A DNA stretch of 10,179 nt from the NCBI GenBank assembly GCA_038320275.1, contig JBBQEB010000138.1, positions 1 to 10,179 of the forward strand, read 5' to 3'. The stretch is from Myxococcales bacterium. GTDB taxonomy: Bacteria; Myxococcota; Myxococcia; Myxococcales; Anaeromyxobacteraceae. Below, in pieces: positions 7,798-10,179 of the stretch. The notes below the pieces were generated by a model. It made no database searches and was not told the DNA's origin. It saw only the letters and a program-made list of their open reading frames with translations. The translations under genes were made by a program, and so were the position numbers. The first letter of the stretch is position 1. Each line of letters begins with the position of its first letter.

Positions 7798-8568
7798 ATG
7801 GAATACCTGTTCGATCCCGACGTCATCCATGCCTGCGGCCTCGCCGGGCTGGGCAAGCCCAAGCCGGAGATGTTCGACGCGGTGGCCCGAGCGATGGAGG
7901 GGCGCTACCCCGGCCGGATCGACTACGGACAGCCCTGGATCTACAGCATCGCCGGCGGCGCGATGATCCAGATGAAGGTCTACTACGCGTCGCTCACCGA
8001 ATACCTCATGATCTGGGGCACGCCCATCGGGTCGGAGGGCCACTCGGGCCGGCACGCCTGCGGCTTCTGGGACACCGTGCTCGACGGGGAGGCCTGGTAC
8101 TTCGCGGAGGGGCAATTCGAGAAGCGCGTCTACCGGCCCGGCGACCGCATCTACGTGGGGCCCGGCCAGGCGCGCGGGATGAACTTCACCGACGGTGTCT
8201 GGGCGCTGGAGTACGAGCGCGGGCCGCTGCCGCTTTCGCTGCCCTTCGGCCTGGCCGACGAGCTCCTCAGCACGCTCGACTTCTCCACCGCCGCGCAGAC
8301 CATCGGCGTCTATGCCTCGCTCATGGGGCGCCATCTCGCGCTCCCGGGAAAGGATGGCCGGCAGCCTTCACGCCTGCGGTGCGCGCTGGGGGACCTGGTG
8401 CGCCGGGGCGGCGACCGGCTCGCCGCGCTCACCCGCTCCGCCGAGCCCAACGACTCCATCCCCACGGGCGAGAGCTGGCGCTCCCCGGCGCAGCCGCCCC
8501 CGCCCCCCGAGTCGCTGCGACTCGAGGGCAAGCGCGCTCGGGACGGCGTCCGCGTCAGCCGCCGCTGA
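7798..8568 (+). CDS. ERG2 / sigma-1 receptor family protein (C-8 sterol isomerase-like), 256 aa
   Basis: ATG 7798 preceded by GGAAGGAA. Motifs YLFDP, AGGAM, ASLTEYLMIWGTPIGSEGHSGRH, FWDTVLDG, YRPG...GPG, WALEYERGPLPLSLPFGLAD..LSTLDF align by eye with human SIGMAR1 ([59 protein letters not shown]) and with yeast Erg2. Confidence 0.92.
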   Translation: MEYLFDPDVIHACGLAGLGKPKPEMFDAVARAMEGRYPGRIDYGQPWIYSIAGGAMIQMKVYYASLTEYLMIWGTPIGSEGHSGRHACGFWDTVLDGEAWYFAEGQFEKRVYRPGDRIYVGPGQARGMNFTDGVWALEYERGPLPLSLPFGLADELLSTLDFSTAAQTIGVYASLMGRHLALPGKDGRQPSRLRCALGDLVRRGGDRLAALTRSAEPNDSIPTGESWRSPAQPPPPPESLRLEGKRARDGVRVSRR

Positions 8569-8575
8569 GCCGCTG

Positions 8576-9532
8576 TCAGGGCCGTTTTCGGCTCGCCCAG
8601 TAAGGTGACATCCGGAGCATGGCGGCGCGGGCGAGCGGCTGGGCCAGGGGGACGAGGCGGCGCTTCCAGCCCAGCGTCGCGGCGATGGCCGCCGCGATGT
8701 CGTCGAAGGAATGTCGCTGGTAGTGCAGCAGCGCCTGGCTCTCCGAGCTGTCCACCCAGTCGGTGGCGTACTCCTTCGCGCTGAAGGCCTCGTCCGGAAG
8801 CATGTCGAGCCCCATCGCGCCGAGCAAGCGGGTCAGGTACTCGCGGTAGGTGAGCTGACATCGCTCCCCTCCCGCGACGAACAGGCTGCGCCCCCAGACC
8901 TCCGGCGTCTCGAGCGCGTTGGCGATGGCGAGCGCTGCATCGTCCGCGTGCAGCGCCTCGATGCGGTTGTGCAGCCCGATCTCGAACATGATGGGGTGCG
9001 GATCGCGGAGCCCGAGGATGGGCACGTCGGAGAAGCGGAAGATGCACCACCGAAGGCCGGCCTCGCGCACCAGGTCCTCGCAGGCGATCTTGTGGCCGGT
9101 GTAGGCGTCGGTCGCCTCGAGGGGGTCCGTGATGCGGCGCGGCCGCTTCCGCCAGAGGGTGTGGCCGTGCACGTCGAAGGTGGAGGAGAAGAGGAGGCGG
9201 GGCGGCTCCGGCTGAGCCCTGCACGCAGCGACCACGTTCCGGGTCCCCTCGACGTTCACTTCCCGCGCGTATGCCAGGTTCTCCTCGCTCCCGGGCGGAA
9301 TGACGGTGGCGAGGTGGATCACTGCGTCCACGCCGCGCGCGGCGCGCTCCACCGAGGACGGGTCGCGGATGTCGCCCCAGGCGACCTCGGCGCGAGGGGG
9401 GAGCGCGCGCTGGCGCCGCCGGGCCGGCGTATCGTGCAGGAACGCGCGCACCCCGCTGCCCCGGCGCAGCAGCTCGGCCAGGGTGTGAGAACCGATGTTG
9501 CCGGTCGCGCCGGTCAACAGGATCTTCGTCAT
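8576..9532 (-). CDS. Extended SDR, NAD-dependent epimerase/dehydratase or 3beta-hydroxysteroid dehydrogenase-like, 318 aa
   Basis: ATG 9532 overlaps the upstream stop (ATGA). Rossmann motif KILLTGATGNIG, GDIRD, VDAVIHLA, VNVEGTRNV, catalytic FSST and YTGHK (YxxxK). Confidence 0.9.
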   Translation of the reverse strand: MTKILLTGATGNIGSHTLAELLRRGSGVRAFLHDTPARRRQRALPPRAEVAWGDIRDPSSVERAARGVDAVIHLATVIPPGSEENLAYAREVNVEGTRNVVAACRAQPEPPRLLFSSTFDVHGHTLWRKRPRRITDPLEATDAYTGHKIACEDLVREAGLRWCIFRFSDVPILGLRDPHPIMFEIGLHNRIEALHADDAALAIANALETPEVWGRSLFVAGGERCQLTYREYLTRLLGAMGLDMLPDEAFSAKEYATDWVDSSESQALLHYQRHSFDDIAAAIAATLGWKRRLVPLAQPLARAAMLRMSPYWASRKRP

Positions 9533-10179
9533 CGAGGGCTGCCTCTCATGAACCCGGGGCGGTGGGCGAGGCGCGGAAGGAGCGCGCCCCGCTCCGGCGG
9601 ATAGTCCGGGAAGCGCTGGCGATACCAGGCGTGGTGCGCGAGCGCCCGCGGCACGAGATTCGCGGCGGTGTAGACCGCGAAGGCGAGGCCTGGAAGCGAC
9701 CAGGTGGCGATCGCCCACCCCGCCCACTCGACCAGCTCCCCCGCGTAGTTGGGGCACGAGACGAGGTCGAAGGCGCCGCCGCGCGGGATCCGATACCCGC
9801 TCTCGCCCGGTCCTCGCAGCGCGCGCAGGACACCGTCGGAGCGTACGTTGAGCGCGAGCCCGCCCAGGAACAGCGCCGTGCCCGCGAGGAACCGCGGATC
9901 GGCGAGCCAGGAGGCCGGATACACGCCCGAGCCGCCTACCCACCGCCCGTTCAGGTAGCCATTCACGAGGTTGAAGGTGACCGCCATGCCCATCACGCTC
10001 ACCGGCATCGGGCTCGCGCCGGGGGGGATGCGGAGCGGATCGAGGAAGGCGCGGTTCACGTAGTGGAGGCTCCACAGCGCGAGGAGCACGAGCGCCGCAG
10101 GGTCGCCCCAGTGCGCGCCGGCGAGGTAGCTCGCCGCGAAGACGATCGGCGCCGGGCACTCCATCAGGAGCCAGCCCCA
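9529..10179 (-). CDS. 3-oxo-5-alpha-steroid 4-dehydrogenase (steroid 5-alpha-reductase, SRD5A1/2-like); 5' end outside window
   Basis: Frame is open to the window edge (WGWLLMECP, cf. SRD5A2 AWFLQELP). Also HYVNRA, NGYLN, NVRSDGVLRALR, YRIPRGGAFDLVSCPNYAGELVEW, ANLVPRALAHHAWY..F.DYP..R.ALLP, plus several hydrophobic TM segments. Confidence 0.93.
   Translation of the reverse strand, partial: WGWLLMECPAPIVFAASYLAGAHWGDPAALVLLALWSLHYVNRAFLDPLRIPPGASPMPVSVMGMAVTFNLVNGYLNGRWVGGSGVYPASWLADPRFLAGTALFLGGLALNVRSDGVLRALRGPGESGYRIPRGGAFDLVSCPNYAGELVEWAGWAIATWSLPGLAFAVYTAANLVPRALAHHAWYRQRFPDYPPERGALLPRLAHRPGFMRGSPR

Noticed and set aside
9533..10159. N-terminal extension of the SDR ORF to 527 aa (apparent fusion)
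   Set aside because: Off-frame overlap with the 5-alpha-reductase gene; the Rossmann fold begins at ATG 9532.
1..10179. CRISPR arrays, tRNA/rRNA genes, IS elements or integrases
   Set aside because: No periodic repeats, cloverleaf patterns, transposase or integrase motifs were seen; nearly all of the window is accounted for by protein-coding genes.

Overview
Very GC-rich bacterial window. The protein styles suggest Myxococcota (Anaeromyxobacter-like), which is an inference. From left to right: the 3' end of an HNH endonuclease gene (+); a stranded ~37-codon piece resembling dnaN (beta sliding clamp, -), absent from the ORF track; an ABC-F ATPase (-); a divergent HtrA/DegP-family protease (+); an ackA-pta operon (-) with a structured upstream region; and a stand-alone receiver-domain response regulator (-). 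The right end holds three steroid-chemistry homologues: an ERG2/sigma-1-receptor-family protein lacking the N-terminal TM helix (+), converging on a translationally coupled steroid 5-alpha-reductase (SRD5A-like, truncated by the window edge) and an extended SDR of 3beta-HSD/epimerase type (-). The best candidate for an undescribed system is this putative bacterial sterol/steroid-modifying cluster. All homology calls come from motifs recognised by eye; no searches were run.
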